A DNA stretch of 64,000 nucleotides from Blepharisma stoltei ATCC 30299 (GCA_965603825.1 CBFDEM010000004.1:124001-188000); one strand, 5' to 3'; positions 14,201 to 28,756 are shown, numbered from the stretch's first letter. Notes: generated from the letters alone by a model not told the origin. Numbers and translations: made by a program.

Positions 14201-14727
14201 ATGAGAAATAGTGGATTACCGATTCTAGATCAATTATCGTCTATGTTTCCTTTCAGTGAATTCGAAAATGAAGTTTTAGAAGTCTTATCAAAATTAGATT
14301 ACTCAAATTCAGCCATAAGGAAAAACGAGTATGCAGACGTTTTATCAAAAAACATTAAAGAGACTCTTTATGAATATGATAAACAGTATAATTCAGGCTA
14401 TTTTACGTGTGGAGTATACTCATCAAAATTAAGCATAATTGCCGACGCATATTTCCTTTCTTTTTATAATCCAGATTATTTGATGTGAATAGAGTGAGTA
14501 TCGGCTATCCAAGAATTAGATTACAATTTTTGATAGTTTTATTGATGAGACTGATAAATATTCGCAAAGTGTAATTGATGACCAAATGAAGATTATTGTG
14601 GCAGCGCTCGTCGCTTTTATTGTATTTTCTTCTGCTTTATATTTAGGGCTTTATTTGGTTTTTTAGAAGAGAAAAGAAATATTTTCAGAAAATAAATGCG
14701 GTGATGAAAATTATGCATAATAACTAA
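11253..14727 (+). pseudogene. TmcB/TmcC-like gene, copy 3, heavily decayed
   Basis: Colinear with copy 2 but has several in-frame TAA/TAG codons and frameshifts. A ~1.2-kb internal deletion lies near 11600 (LSILIS joins directly to KDITHYSEKSVLLETKLRS). A retroelement is inserted at ~12810-13370. Intron 1 is 12684-12698; intron 2 is shortened to 14 nt (13595-13608). Confidence 0.9.
12810..13370 (+). mobile_element. 5' fragment of a non-LTR retrotransposon with a degenerate APE-type endonuclease start
   Basis: GC-richer block that interrupts copy 3 and replaces ~55 bp of host sequence. It translates as FNWNCR (13045-13062), then after 2 extra bases SLPNMLTLFSVILRKNSIALAIQVSH...GRALLKR...YIRIPP. 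These match the APE motifs WNxxG/SL, D-hhh-QE(T/S)H, GGVAIL and YxPP. Confidence 0.6.
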
Positions 14728-14819
14728 ATTTTAGTGTTAATAATTGGAAGCTATATTTTGCTAAAGAAATAAGAAGTATTTAAAATGAATTGTTATATAT
14801 CTTTTAAAACTTTATATAG

Positions 14820-17800
14820 TTATACCGGCATAAATTTTATCATCGAATTAATTTTTTGTAAATATTTCTTTTCGTTCTTAAAAAATAAGAAATACAATAT
14901 AAAATATATTATAATCGAGGCCACGACAAAAATAGAAAATGCTGCAATTATAATATTCATTTGATGCTCAATCACACTTTGAGAATAGTTATTGATTTCA
15001 TCAACATATTTATCATAATTCTTTCTGAAAAGTGTCATATTATATATTCAATTTCTATACGTCGCATCATTATTTACATTTATACTTGCAACTTGATAGC
15101 CAGCATTTATTAATTCTTCTTCCGCAGCATAACCACCATAATCTAAATAATGTGTATATGGCTGACTGTCACTTTTATAGTAAGCCTTTTTAAAATCATT
15201 TGATAAAATGGGTGAATATTTAGGATTTCTTAAGGTTAATCTTGAATCTCCAATAGATACCACAGATTGCTCAAAAATCGCAAAACTATTTTTATAATTA
15301 TGCGTATTAAACAAATAATCTAGAGGAAATCCGAGAACATAATATTGCAAATCTGATGCAGCTATAATAAAGGTATTTATAAGTATTTTGGTACGAATTA
15401 ATTCTCGGATTACTTCAGGTCTATAAGTTAAATAGTTTGAGCAATTTTCATAGAGGTAGGTAATATTAATTAAAGAAAATCCTGTAACAATTATAAAGTA
15501 AATGCAAATTCTTCATATATATTTCCAATAATTTTTAAAGCTGAATATTTTCTTAGAAGGGTTTTTGCTACTAGAGAGAATATCAGGCTGAGCATGAATG
15601 TTCCTTAATCTTTCTAAAAGTGTTTGTTTCATTTCTGAGTAATTCTGAAATGCTTTTTTTCTTAAATTATTCCAAAAATTGTTTTCAATTGTAACCACAG
15701 AATAGCAAAATGGGATCATAACTATCAGACATAAGCCCAGAACCCCAATTCCTAATATGAGGAGAACAAACACTTCTGATTTAAAGTCAAGCATAAGTGA
15801 CTTTTGGCAATCCATTATTTCATATAGTGATTTATTAATATACTGAAATCCGTCCCCATATCCATTCATCTTCAAAAATCTAATTTCATTGGTATAATCT
15901 TCAGAGTTGTTATACTTTCTTAATAAGTCATATCCCTATATTGTTTATTACTTGCTGAGCAGACTGGGACAGCATATCGAATAAACTTTCTCTCTTTATT
16001 TGACCTAAGTTCCATACATTGATACTCTTATCAGTCAAAATTGACTTGCTTGAGCAATAATTTCATTTTGGTAAATTAGCAGCAATATCCATATAAATGT
16101 CTCTTACGTCGTTTATGTAACCGGGTAATAAGGTTTGTACTGCTAATATATCATTTTTTACAGTAGGATCTTCATAAAGAGTAAGTACTCATAGTAGCTG
16201 TGCAGTGAAAGCTGCAATTTGTAATCTTGACTCGGCTTGAGCTATAGCCATAGGAAAATCCATGTTTTTTATAAAACCTATATAAGAAAAGGCATAAAAG
16301 AGAACTACAATATTTGTAGTTAAAACAGCTATAATCTATATAGAAGTTACTGATAAAATAAAAGCAAAATGCAAAACATTTATTGACCTAGAAGAAATTT
16401 TTATCATTTTGAAAAATTTTCTTTCACTTGTAATTTGAGATTTTGCATCCGATGACTTGCTTACAGAATTTTTTTCAAAGGCTTCTGAAGCTTCATAAGG
16501 ATTTGTCTCAATTAGTTTTATTTCTGAATTTAAATATTTTTCGTCTGATTTTTGATAAGTTTTAGCAGATCCCTTTGCATGTTCATCATGGCTTAAATGA
16601 TGTTTATGCATTTTTTCCCTTATCTTGCTATAGTGGTGATTATTTTTATTTTTTCACCTTTGGATTTCTTCATAGTCGTTCATGAGAGTAGCATAAAAGA
16701 CTTTTATTTTATAAAATTGTGTATGAGATATCACTAAAATAGTTTCTTTGTTTTTTGATTGAAAAATTAATGTAGACTCATGCATTTCTGCATCAGAAAA
16801 TAAATCCTTAATGTTATAGCCTATCAAATTCTCATTGGATTTTTCAATCAAATGTGAAAAATATTCTGAGCAGCATAAAATTTCTCCAGTTTCTGATAAA
16901 AGTGCAAATTCGCGCTTTATTTGTTTTAGTTGGAAGTTTAATATAAAAGCAAGATTATTGCCAATTGAAGTAATTACTGCTTTTCCTGTACACGAAAGTA
17001 AATATTTTCCTGGTATATTCAAAAAGAAACCTTTGCCTAAATCAATTTCAGAGCTTGAGCCATAATGAATGAGCCATTTCATTTCTTCTTTTAGGCTATC
17101 ATAGTAATAATTATGAAAAAAATCGATTATATTGCTCTCTTCTAAGCTGCCAATAGAAGTTTTAAGAATTTCAGCAGATTTTGGATTTGAGAATAAAACT
17201 CTTCCAAAATCGTCTGGTTCCCCAGATATTATCAAAATGCCACTAGAGTCATTTAAAAAGCTAAATCTTTTTAAGTCACTATTTGAAGTACTTTGACCAG
17301 TCAATCCTCTTAGTTTAATTTCTAGTAAATTTGATTTTTCATAATCGTAAACAACATCTTTTGCATATGTGGTATAAAGCATTAAGCCTTCTCGGGAATC
17401 CAAGAATTCCACTATCAACTGTTTGTATTGATTATTCAAATATAAAATGTTTTCATCAATCCATTTCAGTTTATTTATCAATCTTCTAAGATTCGGTTTT
17501 GTTGCAGTTAATTCTTCCCAAAATTTTAATAAATAGATGCATAGTTTTGAATCTTTCTTTTTTAGTAAATTTAATTGTTGGTAATAGTTGATTAATTGCA
17601 AGCTTTCATTTGATGTAGGCTCATTGATATTTTTATTGCATAAATATTTTTGGAATTCAGCTTCTAAATTTCAGCTTGAAATTGTTTTAGTTTTACTTAG
17701 CTTGACTTTTGCTAAAGGCTCGTCTTTTAAAGTAAAAAAACAATAGTTTGCTAATCAAATAATAGGAAGCTTATCTTCATGTGAATTATTTTTTAGAAAA

Positions 17801-18951
17801 TAATTTTCGAAGGTGTGGATTATTTCGTCCTTATGTTCTATACTATTACAGCACAACCAATATCTTAGTCTTTTCTCTAGTTCGTATTTCGAACTTATAT
17901 CTTCCATAGAAGTTAAAGCTACCGTGTTTATTTGTCTTTGGCGTTTTATAGTAAATTGTATCACAAAAATTGCTGATATTGGTCCCAAAATGATTAAAAT
18001 AAAAATAATAACTAGCCAATTATCCATTCAATACCCTAAAACAAATCCAGATGAAGCCAAAGCAATAGTAAAAAGTTGGAAAATTCGTGTCAAACTGAAA
18101 TAAAGAGAAAAATAAGGTAAAAGTATTTCAGATTCAATCATTACAATTATTGAAGTAATCATAGCAAAAAACTGAAAATAAATGATATATTTTTCATTAA
18201 GAATCGCATAAAATATTGGCGAAAAATAAGTAAAAATAGCTATATGGCTATCAATTTTTGAATGGGCCTTTGCTTTTATAGTTTTACTACTTTCAGAATG
18301 CCTGATTTCACTTGAAAACTGAGTATAAAAATAAAGCAAATGAAAGTCTATTGCTAATGCCAAAACTATCACAATCTGTAATCTGGTGCTGATTTCAAAA
18401 TCCTCTATGTGGTTTCCATTTTTATACTCTGAAATATATTTTTGAGGTCAAATGCTATATTTTAAAAAAACTGAATACAGAATCATTGAAGGCATTAAAA
18501 ATATAGTTAATCAAACATCGAAAACTAATCTAAATATGTCAAATAACTTGAAAATACTTAGCGAAAAATAAGTGCTAATTACTAAGTAAATAATGATAGT
18601 TCCAAGCATAAAAGTAGTTGTAATTGATAAATAAAGGCATTCACGGATAATTCCAAATTCTGAACATATATTATCAAGCCTAAAATACCCAATAATTTCT
18701 CATAAAATCATATTATCTGATCAATTTGATATCGAGAGATTCCTGCTTCATAAAAAACTCAACATTTGAAAGCATAAAATTATGCCTGATAATGTTTCTA
18801 TTACTTTTATCTTAAAAGTTGATTTTTCCTCTAATGTTTTTAGATGGTATAATTTACTGTATATCTCAAATATTGAGTTTTTCAGTGAATTTGTTTCAAA
18901 TAACCTTTCAGAAGAAAAGAGCTCATTTATGCCAACTTTAAGTGCTAACAT
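14820..18951 (-). CDS. TmcB/TmcC-like multi-TM PAS-domain protein, copy 4 (intact, 1366 aa)
   Basis: ATG 18951 to TAA 14820, reading through TGA=Trp. Introns at 16336-16350 (15 nt) and 15936-15951 (16 nt). Spliced length 4101 nt = 1367 codons. Confidence 0.9.
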
Positions 18952-19229
18952 TATTGGAATGGATAAAAAGTAAAAAAATTCTCTTTTATTAATCTAAATT
19001 TTAAAGTGAAGAAATTTATTTAGCTATTTTGCTTATTTATAAGAAAAATTAAAACAGCTTATAATTGATTACTGACTCGAGAAATATTCTTATTAAATAT
19101 TTTTAATTAGATAAAAAACTTAGTCAAAAAACTTTTCACCCTTGAGCATCAATGATTTTAGTATTTTGTGCTAAATCTAAACCAAATATATCAACTTTTA
19201 CTATTATATGGCTTCTTACATATATTTAT

Positions 19230-19450
19230 CGCAGTAATGAGGAGCTTAATCTTCCTTTATTTCTCAGCTGAAGATATCTGGGATTATATTTGACTTAATG
19301 TTCATGGTTCCCACCATCTGAACCCACTTGCAGAACACCTATAGTCCTGTGTATTGTGTTAAGCTTATGTCTTATTTAGTTCCTGTGCATGATCCATCTT
19401 CTTTCGATAGGTGGCTTAGTTCTAAAGGATCTCAGAAGTTATTGAAGGGA
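19230..19450 (+). mobile_element. Possible degenerate non-LTR reverse-transcriptase fragment (YLG region)
   Basis: Reads NEELNLPLFLSWRYLG, then across small frameshifts IIFD..W..HHLNPLAEHL. This resembles the RT domain-7 consensus KYLG-hhhD-xxLxW-xxH. Confidence 0.35.
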
Positions 19451-19588
19451 AATTATATAATATTTTTGGTTAATGTCAGCACTTTAAAGCAAAATAATCA
19501 TCAAAAATACTGTCTTATCTTAATGTAGCAAATAAGAAAATGTATTTATAAATAAATTATTTTATTTAACTCCCAAAAATGTATAATC

Positions 19589-22500
19589 TTATACTGGCAT
19601 AATATTCATCATCGAATTGATCTTCTGTAAATATTTCTTCTCATTCTTAAAAAACACAAAATAAAGCAAAAAATATACCACAATCGAAATTGCAACAAAA
19701 ATAGAAAATGCTGTAACAATAATGCTTACTTGATCCTCGATCACCTTCTGAGAATAGCTATCAATTATATCGACATATTTATCATAATTTGCCCTAAAAA
19801 GTGTCATATTGTAATATCATCATCTTCATGCATTATTAGTGACATTTAAATTTGCAATGATATAACCATAATCTATCTGCTCTTCTTCAGCTACATAAGT
19901 GCCGTAATCTAAATAGTGTGTATATGGCTGACTATCATCTTCATAATACATTTTTTTAAAATCGCTTGATAAAATGGGTGAGAATTTAGGATTTCTTAAT
20001 ACTAGTTTTGAAGCTCTGAGGGATGATATCGAGTTTTGGAAAAGAGTGGCAATATATGGATAATTATGGATGGTAAAAAAACTATTTAAGGGAACACCGG
20101 TTACTGTGTCTTGCAAATCTGATGCTGAGATAGCAAGAGTATTTATGTAAATTTTGGTTTGAATGATTTCTCGAAGGATATCAGGTCTATAGGCTAAGTA
20201 ATTTGTGCAATCTTCATACAGGTAAGTAATATTTATTACAGAAAATGCGATAACAATTAAAAAATATACCCAAATTCTTCATATATATTTTCAATAGTTT
20301 TTGAAGTTAAATAATGTCTTATTTGGGATTCTATTGCTAAATAAAATTTCAGGCTGAGAGTGAACACTTTTTAGCCTTTCTAAAAGTGCCTGCTTCATTT
20401 CTGAGTAGTTCCTGAATGTTTTTCTCCTTAAATTATTCCAAAGATCGTTTTCAATTTTAATAACAGAATAACAAAATGGAATCATCACAAAAAAACATAG
20501 CCCAAGAACTCCTATCCCCAATATAAGTAGAATAAACATTTCTGATTTAAATTCAAGCATTAGTGATTTTTGGCAATCCATTACTTCATATAACGAGCTG
20601 TTAATGTATTGATACCCATAGCCATATCCAGTCATTTTCAAAAATTTAACCTCGCTTGAAAAATCTTCAGATTCATTATACTTGCTTATTATGCTGTATC
20701 CCTATATAACTATTACAAACTGAGCAGATTTATAAAGCATCTCCAATAGACTTATTTTTTTCATGCTGTCAGATTCTCATACAACAATACGCTTATCAGT
20801 CAAAATTGACTTACTTGAACAATAATTCCATTTTGGTAAATTAGTAGCAATATCCATATAAATGTCTCTTATGTCATTTATATACTCTGGCATCCCCTGC
20901 CACGCAATTAATAAATCTTGATATCAATTGGTATCATTTAAAAATACCAATTCTCAGAGTAATTGCGAATTATAAGCAGCAATCTGCAGTCTTGATTCCG
21001 CTTGAGCTATAGCCATAGGGAAGTCCATATTTTTTATAAAATTGATATATGAAAAAGCATAAAAGAGAACAACCACATTTGTGCTCAAAACAGCTAAAAT
21101 CTATATAGGGATTACTGATAAAATGAAAAAAATATGCAAAATATTTATTGATCGAGAAGAAGCGGCTAGAACTCGAAAAATTTTTTTTTGGCTTGGAATT
21201 ATAGATTTTGCACTTGACGATTTGCTTGAAGAGCTTTTTTCAAGGGTTTCTGAAGAAGGCTCATATGAACTCGGTTGGACTAGTTCTGCTTCTGAATTTA
21301 TATTATTTTCGTCTAAGGTTTCTCAATTCTGATAAGACTTCTCATTGTTTTCGCTCTGATTTAAAATATTTTTATTTATTGTTTCACGTTGCTCATTTTC
21401 ATATTTATTTTTTCTTCTTTGGATTTCTTCATTATCACTTATGAGCATAATATAAAAGACCTTTAATTTACAAATATGTGTATAAGACATGACTAAAATT
21501 ATATCTTTATTTTCTATGTGAAAAATTGGTGTTGGATTCTGCACTTCTGCTTCAGAAAATAAATCTTTAATATTTCAGCCTATCAAATTTTCATTGGATT
21601 CTCTAGCGAATTCAGAAAAATGCTCTGAATAGCATAATATCTCCCCAGTTTCTGCTAAAAGCGCTGTTTGGTATTTAACTTGTTTTAGCTCGAAGTTTAA
21701 TATAACAACAAGGTTATTATCAATTGAAGTAATAATCGCTTTTCCTGTATATTCTATCAAATCTTTTCCAGGAATACCCAAAAAGAAGCTTTGGCCTAAA
21801 TCAATTTCAGAATTTGAGCCATAATGAATAAGCCATTGGACTTCTTTTTTTATGCCTTCTCAGTAATAATAGTGGATAAATTCCATTATATTGCTTTCTT
21901 CTAAGTTGCCAATAGAAGAAGTTTTCATAATTTCAGCTGCTCTTGGGTTTGAAAATAAAATTCGACCATAATTATCTGGCTCAGCGGATATTATCAAAAT
22001 GCCATGAGAGTCATTCAAATAGTTAAATTTTTTTAAATCAGTATTTGTGGTATTTAAATTGTCAAATCCCTTTAATTTAATTTCTAAAAAATTTGATTTG
22101 ACATAATCATAAATAACATCCTTAGCATATGAAGTAAAGAGTGTTAAGCCTTCTTGAGAATCAGAGAAATCAGCTATTAGCTGTCTATATTGACTATTAA
22201 GATATGAAATATTTTTATCAATATATTTCAATCTATTTGCCAGTCTTTTAAGATCGGGCTTAGGTGAAGTTATTTCTTCCCAAAATTCTAATAAATATGC
22301 ACACAATTTTGAGTCTCTCTTTTTAATCAAATTTAATTGTTGGAAATAGTTAATAAATTGTAAGCTTTCATTTGATGAAATTTCGTTAGCATTTTTATTG
22401 CATAGATATTCTTGAAAATTGGCTTCTAAGTTTCAACTTGATATTAATTTTGTTTTGCTTAATTTGACTTTTGCTAAAGACTCGTCTTTAAGTTTAAATA

Positions 22501-23710
22501 AGCAGTAATTTGCAATTCAAATAATTTGGAGCTTATCTCTTTTGGAATTATTTTTAATAAAAAATTTTTCAAAAATATGGATTATCTCATTCTTATGGTT
22601 GGTATCAATTAAGCACATCCAGTGTCTTAGTCTTTTTTCAAGTTCATATTTAGATTTTATATCTTTCATATCTTTTGAAGCCATTCCGTCTATTTGAGTT
22701 TGAAGTTTGACAGTAAACAGTATTACAAAATAAGCAGATATTGGTCACAAAATAACAATCAAAAAACTAATAACCAATGAATTGTCCATTAAATTTCCTA
22801 AAATAAATCCAAATGAAGTTAAAACAACTGTAAAAAATCTTAGAATTTGTATTAAATTGCAATAAAGGGAAAAATAAGGCAAAAGTGTTTCGGACTCTAT
22901 CACTATATATAATGAAATAATCATCACAAAAAATTGAAAATGAACCATATAATTTTCATTAAATAGAGCATAAAGGATTGGTAAAAGATAAGCAAAAGCT
23001 GCTATGTAGCTGTCAATTTTTGAATGAGCTTTTGCTCTTATAGTCTTTTTGCTTTCAGAATGCCTAATTTCATTTGAAAATTGTGTATAAAAATACAATA
23101 GAGGAAAGTTTATTACCATTGCTAAAATTATCAAGAGCTGCAATACAATACTTGCTTCATAATCTTCTAAATTATTGCCATTTTTATATTCTAAAGCAAA
23201 TTTTCGAGGCCAAATGCTACATTTCAAAATAATTGAATATAAAGTCATTGAAGGTATTAAAAAAATAATGAGCCAAAAATTGAAAACTGATCTAAATACA
23301 TCAAATAATTTCGGAAAACTTAATTCTAAGAAAATACAGATAGCTAAAAAAATAACGCCAATACTGAGCATAAAAGTAATCGTAATTGATGAATATAAAC
23401 ATCAATTAATAATTTCTAATTCAGAGCATACATTATCAAGCCTAAAATATCCAATAATTTCTCATATTATCATATTTTCTTTTCAATTAGCTATTGTGAG
23501 ATTTGGAGTTCATAGAAGACTCAACGTTTGGAGGCACAAAAATATTCCGCATATTGTTTCTGTAACCTTAGACTTGAAAATTGCTTTGTCATCTAAATTG
23601 TTTCGGTGGTATAATTGACGATATGTCTCAAATATTGAATTTTTTAGCGGATTTCCTTTAGCTATACGTCTCAAAGAAAAGGGCTCATATATGTCGACAA
23701 GTTCAAGCAT
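19589..23710 (-). CDS. TmcB/TmcC-like multi-TM PAS-domain protein, copy 5 (apparently intact, 1363 aa)
   Basis: ATG 23710 to TAA 19589. 15-nt introns at 21101-21115 and 20702-20716. Spliced length 4092 nt = 1364 codons. Contains TGA-AGA-TGA-TGA (WRWW) near 19817-19828. Confidence 0.9.
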
Positions 23711-24655
23711 TTAGAAATAAGCAGCAGCAAAAATTTATTTTTTATTAGTCTTAACTTTGATGGAATAAATGCTTTTTAATCAACTTTTATATAAATAAAA
23801 ATAGCTTATAATTAATTATACCTGAGATAATTCAATTATTATAAGCCTTATAAATGGAAGTGCTTATTAACTGCAATAGAAAATAATGGGTAAATCTGTT
23901 TAAAAATCTATTGACTTGCCGCTTCGAATTTTTCAAAGAGGCTTTATTACTGCATTTTAGTTTTGCAAAAAAGATTCAAATTTGAAGTATTAAAAGTCTT
24001 ATGAAACTGTTAGTCTAATATAATAATTTTTTGAGCTTTTATAATTTAATTTTTTGATGTTTTTTAGCTCTTTAGAACGCTACAGGTTTTAATAATAGCA
24101 ATATAAAGAGCCTTCGAGTTTTTTAACCATCCTAAAAGAGTTTTCCCAAAGACACCTTGAAATTATTATTAAAAACTAGCGAATTTTAGCAGGTTTTTGT
24201 CTAGCTTATTTTATTTGTCAAAATAACAGGGTGGAAAGATTCAAAAAGGTTTAAAGAATAAGGAAGGCTCTAATGATATTAAAATATAACTGAGTTGTCT
24301 TCTTTCCTCCATCATGACCAGCATGCTGTTGGTGTGTTTTGCAATATGCTTATAGAAAACTACTAAAAATAAATCACTTTAGCTTTAGTGAACATTTGAA
24401 CAATTCCTTATTTTTAATGCGAGGCTTTGGAATCATTTTGAGTTTTAAAAAGTTTTGAGTGTTTGAGATCTTGTGTGGATAATTAATGGATTATTTAGTG
24501 CCAATTATTTTGATTTAGCCAATCAAGCAATTTTTAAATTTTCAATATTTAAGACATTAAATTTTTGAGATTTTTAATCACTTACTCTTTATAATGAAAA
24601 TAAGAAAAGTTTATTTATAAAATTTTTTTTTGCATTACCTGTATAATCTTGCGCC

Positions 24656-27600
24656 CTATACTGGCATAATTCTCATCATTGAATTGATCTTCTGTAAATA
24701 TTTCTTCTCATTCTTAAAAAACACAAAATAAAGCAAAAAATATACCACAATCGAAATTGCAACAAAAATAGAAAATGCTGTAACAATAATGCTTACTTGG
24801 TCATCGATCACCTTTTGAGAATAGCTATCAATTATATTAGCATATTTATCATAATTTGCTCTAAAAAGTGTCATATTGTAATATCATCATCTTCATGCAT
24901 CATTAGTGACATTTAAATGTGCAATAATATAACCATAATCTATCTGCTCTTCTTCAGCTACATAAGTGCCGTAATCTAAATAATGTGTATAAGGCTGACT
25001 ATCATTTTCATAATACATTGTTTTAAAATCATTCGATAGAATTGGTGAATATTTCGGGTTTCTTAATGTTGATCTCGAATCTCTAAGCTCTGAAATAGAT
25101 TTTTGGAAATTTATTTGAGTATTTGGGTAATTATGAATGTCAAAGAAATAATTCAATGGTATACCTGCCATATAATCCTGCATATCTGATGCTGAGACAG
25201 CAAGGGTATTAATATATATTTTGGTGCGAATAATTTCTCGAAGCACCTCAGGTCTATATGCTAAATAATTTGTGCAATTTTCATAGAAATAAGTAATATT
25301 AAGTAAAGAAAATGCTATAACGACTATAAAGTATATGCAAATTCTTCATATATATTTTCAATAATTTTTGAAGAAGAATCTTGTATTATCTGGATTTCTA
25401 TTATTAGTCAAAAGTTCAGGCTGGGAATGAACATTTCTTAGCCTTTCTAAAAGTGACTGTTTCATTTCTGAGAAATTTCGATATGCTTTTTTCCTCAAAT
25501 TACTCCAAAGATTGTTCTCAATCTTAATTACAGAATAACAAAACGGAATCATTACCAAAAAACACAAAACAAGTACTCCTATTCCTAAAATGAGGAGAAT
25601 AAGCATTACTGATTTAAAATCAAGCATTAATGATTTTTGGCAATCAATTATTTCATATAAAGAACTATTGCAATACTGATATCCATATCCAAAGCCAGCC
25701 ATCTTCAAATACCTAACCTCTTTTGTATAATCTTCAGAGTTATTATACTTTCTTAATATATCATATCCCTATATAAAAAATACAAATTGAGCAGATTGAG
25801 AAAGTATATCTAATAAGCTTGTTTTTTTTATGTAGTCATTTTCTCACACATCTATCCTTTTATCAGTCAAAATTGCGTTACCTGCGCAGTAGTTTCATTT
25901 TGATAAATTAGAAATAATTTCCATATAAATATCTCTAACATCATTTACATACCCAGGCAGTCCTTCTCATGCAGTTAATAAATCTTGATACCAATTAGGG
26001 TCATTTATATATGCCAATTCTAAAAGTAATTGCGAATTATAAGCAGCAATTTGTAATCTAGACTCTGCTTTAGCTATAGCCATAGAAAGATCCATATTTT
26101 TTATAAAATCGATATATGAAAAAGCATAAAAAAGAACCACAATATTTGTGCTTAAAACAGCGATAATCTATATAAGATTTACTGATAAAATGAAGGCAAG
26201 ATGCAATATATTTATTGACCTTGAAGAAATTTCCAGCATTTTAAAAAACTTTTTTTGGCTCGGAATTTGTGATTTTGCATCTGATTGCAGGCTTCCAATG
26301 ACTTCTGAAGATTCCATAGAAAATGGATGAATTAGTTCGACTTCTGAATTTATGTATTTTTCCTCAGATACTTGGTAACTTCTATAAGATCGTTCATTGG
26401 ATCCGTATGGGCTTAAAAGATTTTCATTTATTATTTCTTCTGCTTTAGTGTCATATTGGCTATTTTTATTTTTTCTTTTTTTGATATTTTCATGATTACT
26501 TGTTAGTGTAGCATAAAAGACCTTTAAGTTATAAACTTGTGCACAAGACATCACTAAAATTGTTTCTTTAGTATTTGAATGTAAAATTCATTTATTGCCA
26601 GATATTTTTGCTTCAGCAAATAAATCCTTAATATTGTAGCCAATTAAGTTTTTATTGTATTTGCCAACGAATTCATGAAAGTGTTCTGAGTAGCATAAAA
26701 TCTCTCCAGTTTCTGTTAAAAGCACTGTCTGGTGCTTGGTATTCTTTGTCTCAAAATTTAATATAAAAGCAAAAGAACAATCAATAGCAGTAATTATTGC
26801 TTTCCCTCTACACTCTATTAAATATTTTCCTGGAATATTTAAAAAGAATCCTTTACTGAAATCAATTTCAGAGTTCGAGCCATAATGAATAAGCCGTTGA
26901 GCTTCTTTTTTAAAGCTTTCATAGTAATACTGATGAATAAAATTTTTTATATTATCAACAGAAGTTTTCATAATTTCAGCTGCTCTTGGATTTGAAAATA
27001 AAATTCGGCCAAAATTATCAGGTTCACCAGATATTATCAAAATTCCTCTAGAATTATTCAAAAAGCTGCATTTCGTTGACTCTGGATTTGCATAATTGGT
27101 ATTGTATAATCCTTTTAGTTTAATTTCTAGTAAATTTGATTTTTCATAATCATAAATTATATCTTTTGTATATGAAGTATAGAGTGTTAAGCATTCTTGA
27201 GAATCCGAAAATTCCTCTAACAGCCGCTTGTATTGATTATTAAGATAAGAAATCGTTTCATCAATCCAGTTAAGTCTATTTGTCAATCCTTTAATATCAG
27301 GTTTAGATGAAGTTAACTGTTCTCAAAACGTCAATAAAGAGACACATAGTTTTGAATCTTTCGTTTTTATCATATTTATTTGCTGAAAATAATTTAAAAA
27401 TTGTAAGCATTCATTTGTCGAAGATTCATTGAGAATTTTATTTAATAAGTATTCTTGAAAATCAGCTTCTAAATTTCATCTTGAAATAGTTTTTGTTTTT
27501 CTTAGTTTAACTCTTGCTAGAGGCTCATCTTTAAGTGCATATAAGCAGTAATTTACTACCCAAATAATTTGGAGTTTATCTCTCTCAGAGCTGTTTTTGA

Positions 27601-28756
27601 TATAAAATTTTTCAAAGGCGCGAATTATCTCGTTTTTGTGATCAGTGTCATTTGAGCATAGTCAATGCCTTAGTCGCTTCTCTAGTTCATATCTAGTATG
27701 TATTTCTGCTATATCTCTAAAAATATCAGTATTAATGCTTTTATGAAGCTTTATAGTAAATTGTATCACAAAGACAGCACAAATAGGTAATAAAATGACC
27801 ACAATAAAAATAATTACCAATGAATTATCAATTGCACATCCTAACACAAACCCAAAAGAAGCCAAAAAGATAGTAAACAATTTTAGAGCTTGTGCCAGAT
27901 TGCTATAAAGGGAAAAATTAGGCAGAAGAAGATCAGATTCTCTCATTATAATTACTGAAATAATCATCATAAAAGTTTGGAAATATACCATATAATTTTC
28001 ATTGCAAAAGACATAAAGGATTGGCAAAAAGTAAGTAAAAATTGCTATGTGACTATCGACTTTTGAATGAGCCTTTGCTTTTAGAGTTTTTCTGCTTTCA
28101 GAATGTCTAATTTCACTTGAAAATTGAGTAAAAAAATAAAGCAAAATAAAATCTATTATTAACGATAAAATTATTGCAACTTCTGATACAGCACTTATTT
28201 CAAAGTCTTCTAAATGATTGTTGTTTTTGTATTCTGAAATATAGTTTTTTGGCAAAATGGCATATTTTAAAAATATTGAGTATAGAGTTACAGAAGGTAT
28301 CAAAAAATAAATTTGCCAAAAGTTGAAAAATGATTTAAATGCACCAAATAATGCTGGAATAGTTCAAGAAAAATAAATACTGATAGCTAAAAAAGCAACG
28401 CTAATAATGAGAATAAAAGTAATCATAATTGATGAATAAAAGCATCACTTAATGATCCCAAATTCAGAGCATACATTATCAAGTCTAAAATACCCAATAG
28501 CTTTTCATAGTGTGATATTTTCTTTCCAATACGCGATTGCGAGACTTGGAATTCATAGTAAGCTCAACATTTGAAAGCATCAAACCATACATCATATTGT
28601 TTCTGTTGCTTTTAACTTAAAAGTTGATTTCTCGTCTATTGTTTTTCGATGGTATAATTGATGATATAGTTCAAATATCAAATTCTTCAGAGAATTTCTT
28701 TCAATCCTTCGTCCTGAATAAAAGGACTCATGCATGTCAATCTTAAGGGGAAACAT
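24656..28756 (-). CDS. TmcB/TmcC-like multi-TM PAS-domain protein, copy 6 (apparently intact, 1356 aa)
   Basis: ATG 28756 (MFPLKIDMHES, aligning with paralog starts) to TAG 24656. 15-nt introns at 26168-26182 and 25769-25783. Spliced length 4071 nt = 1357 codons. Confidence 0.9.
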
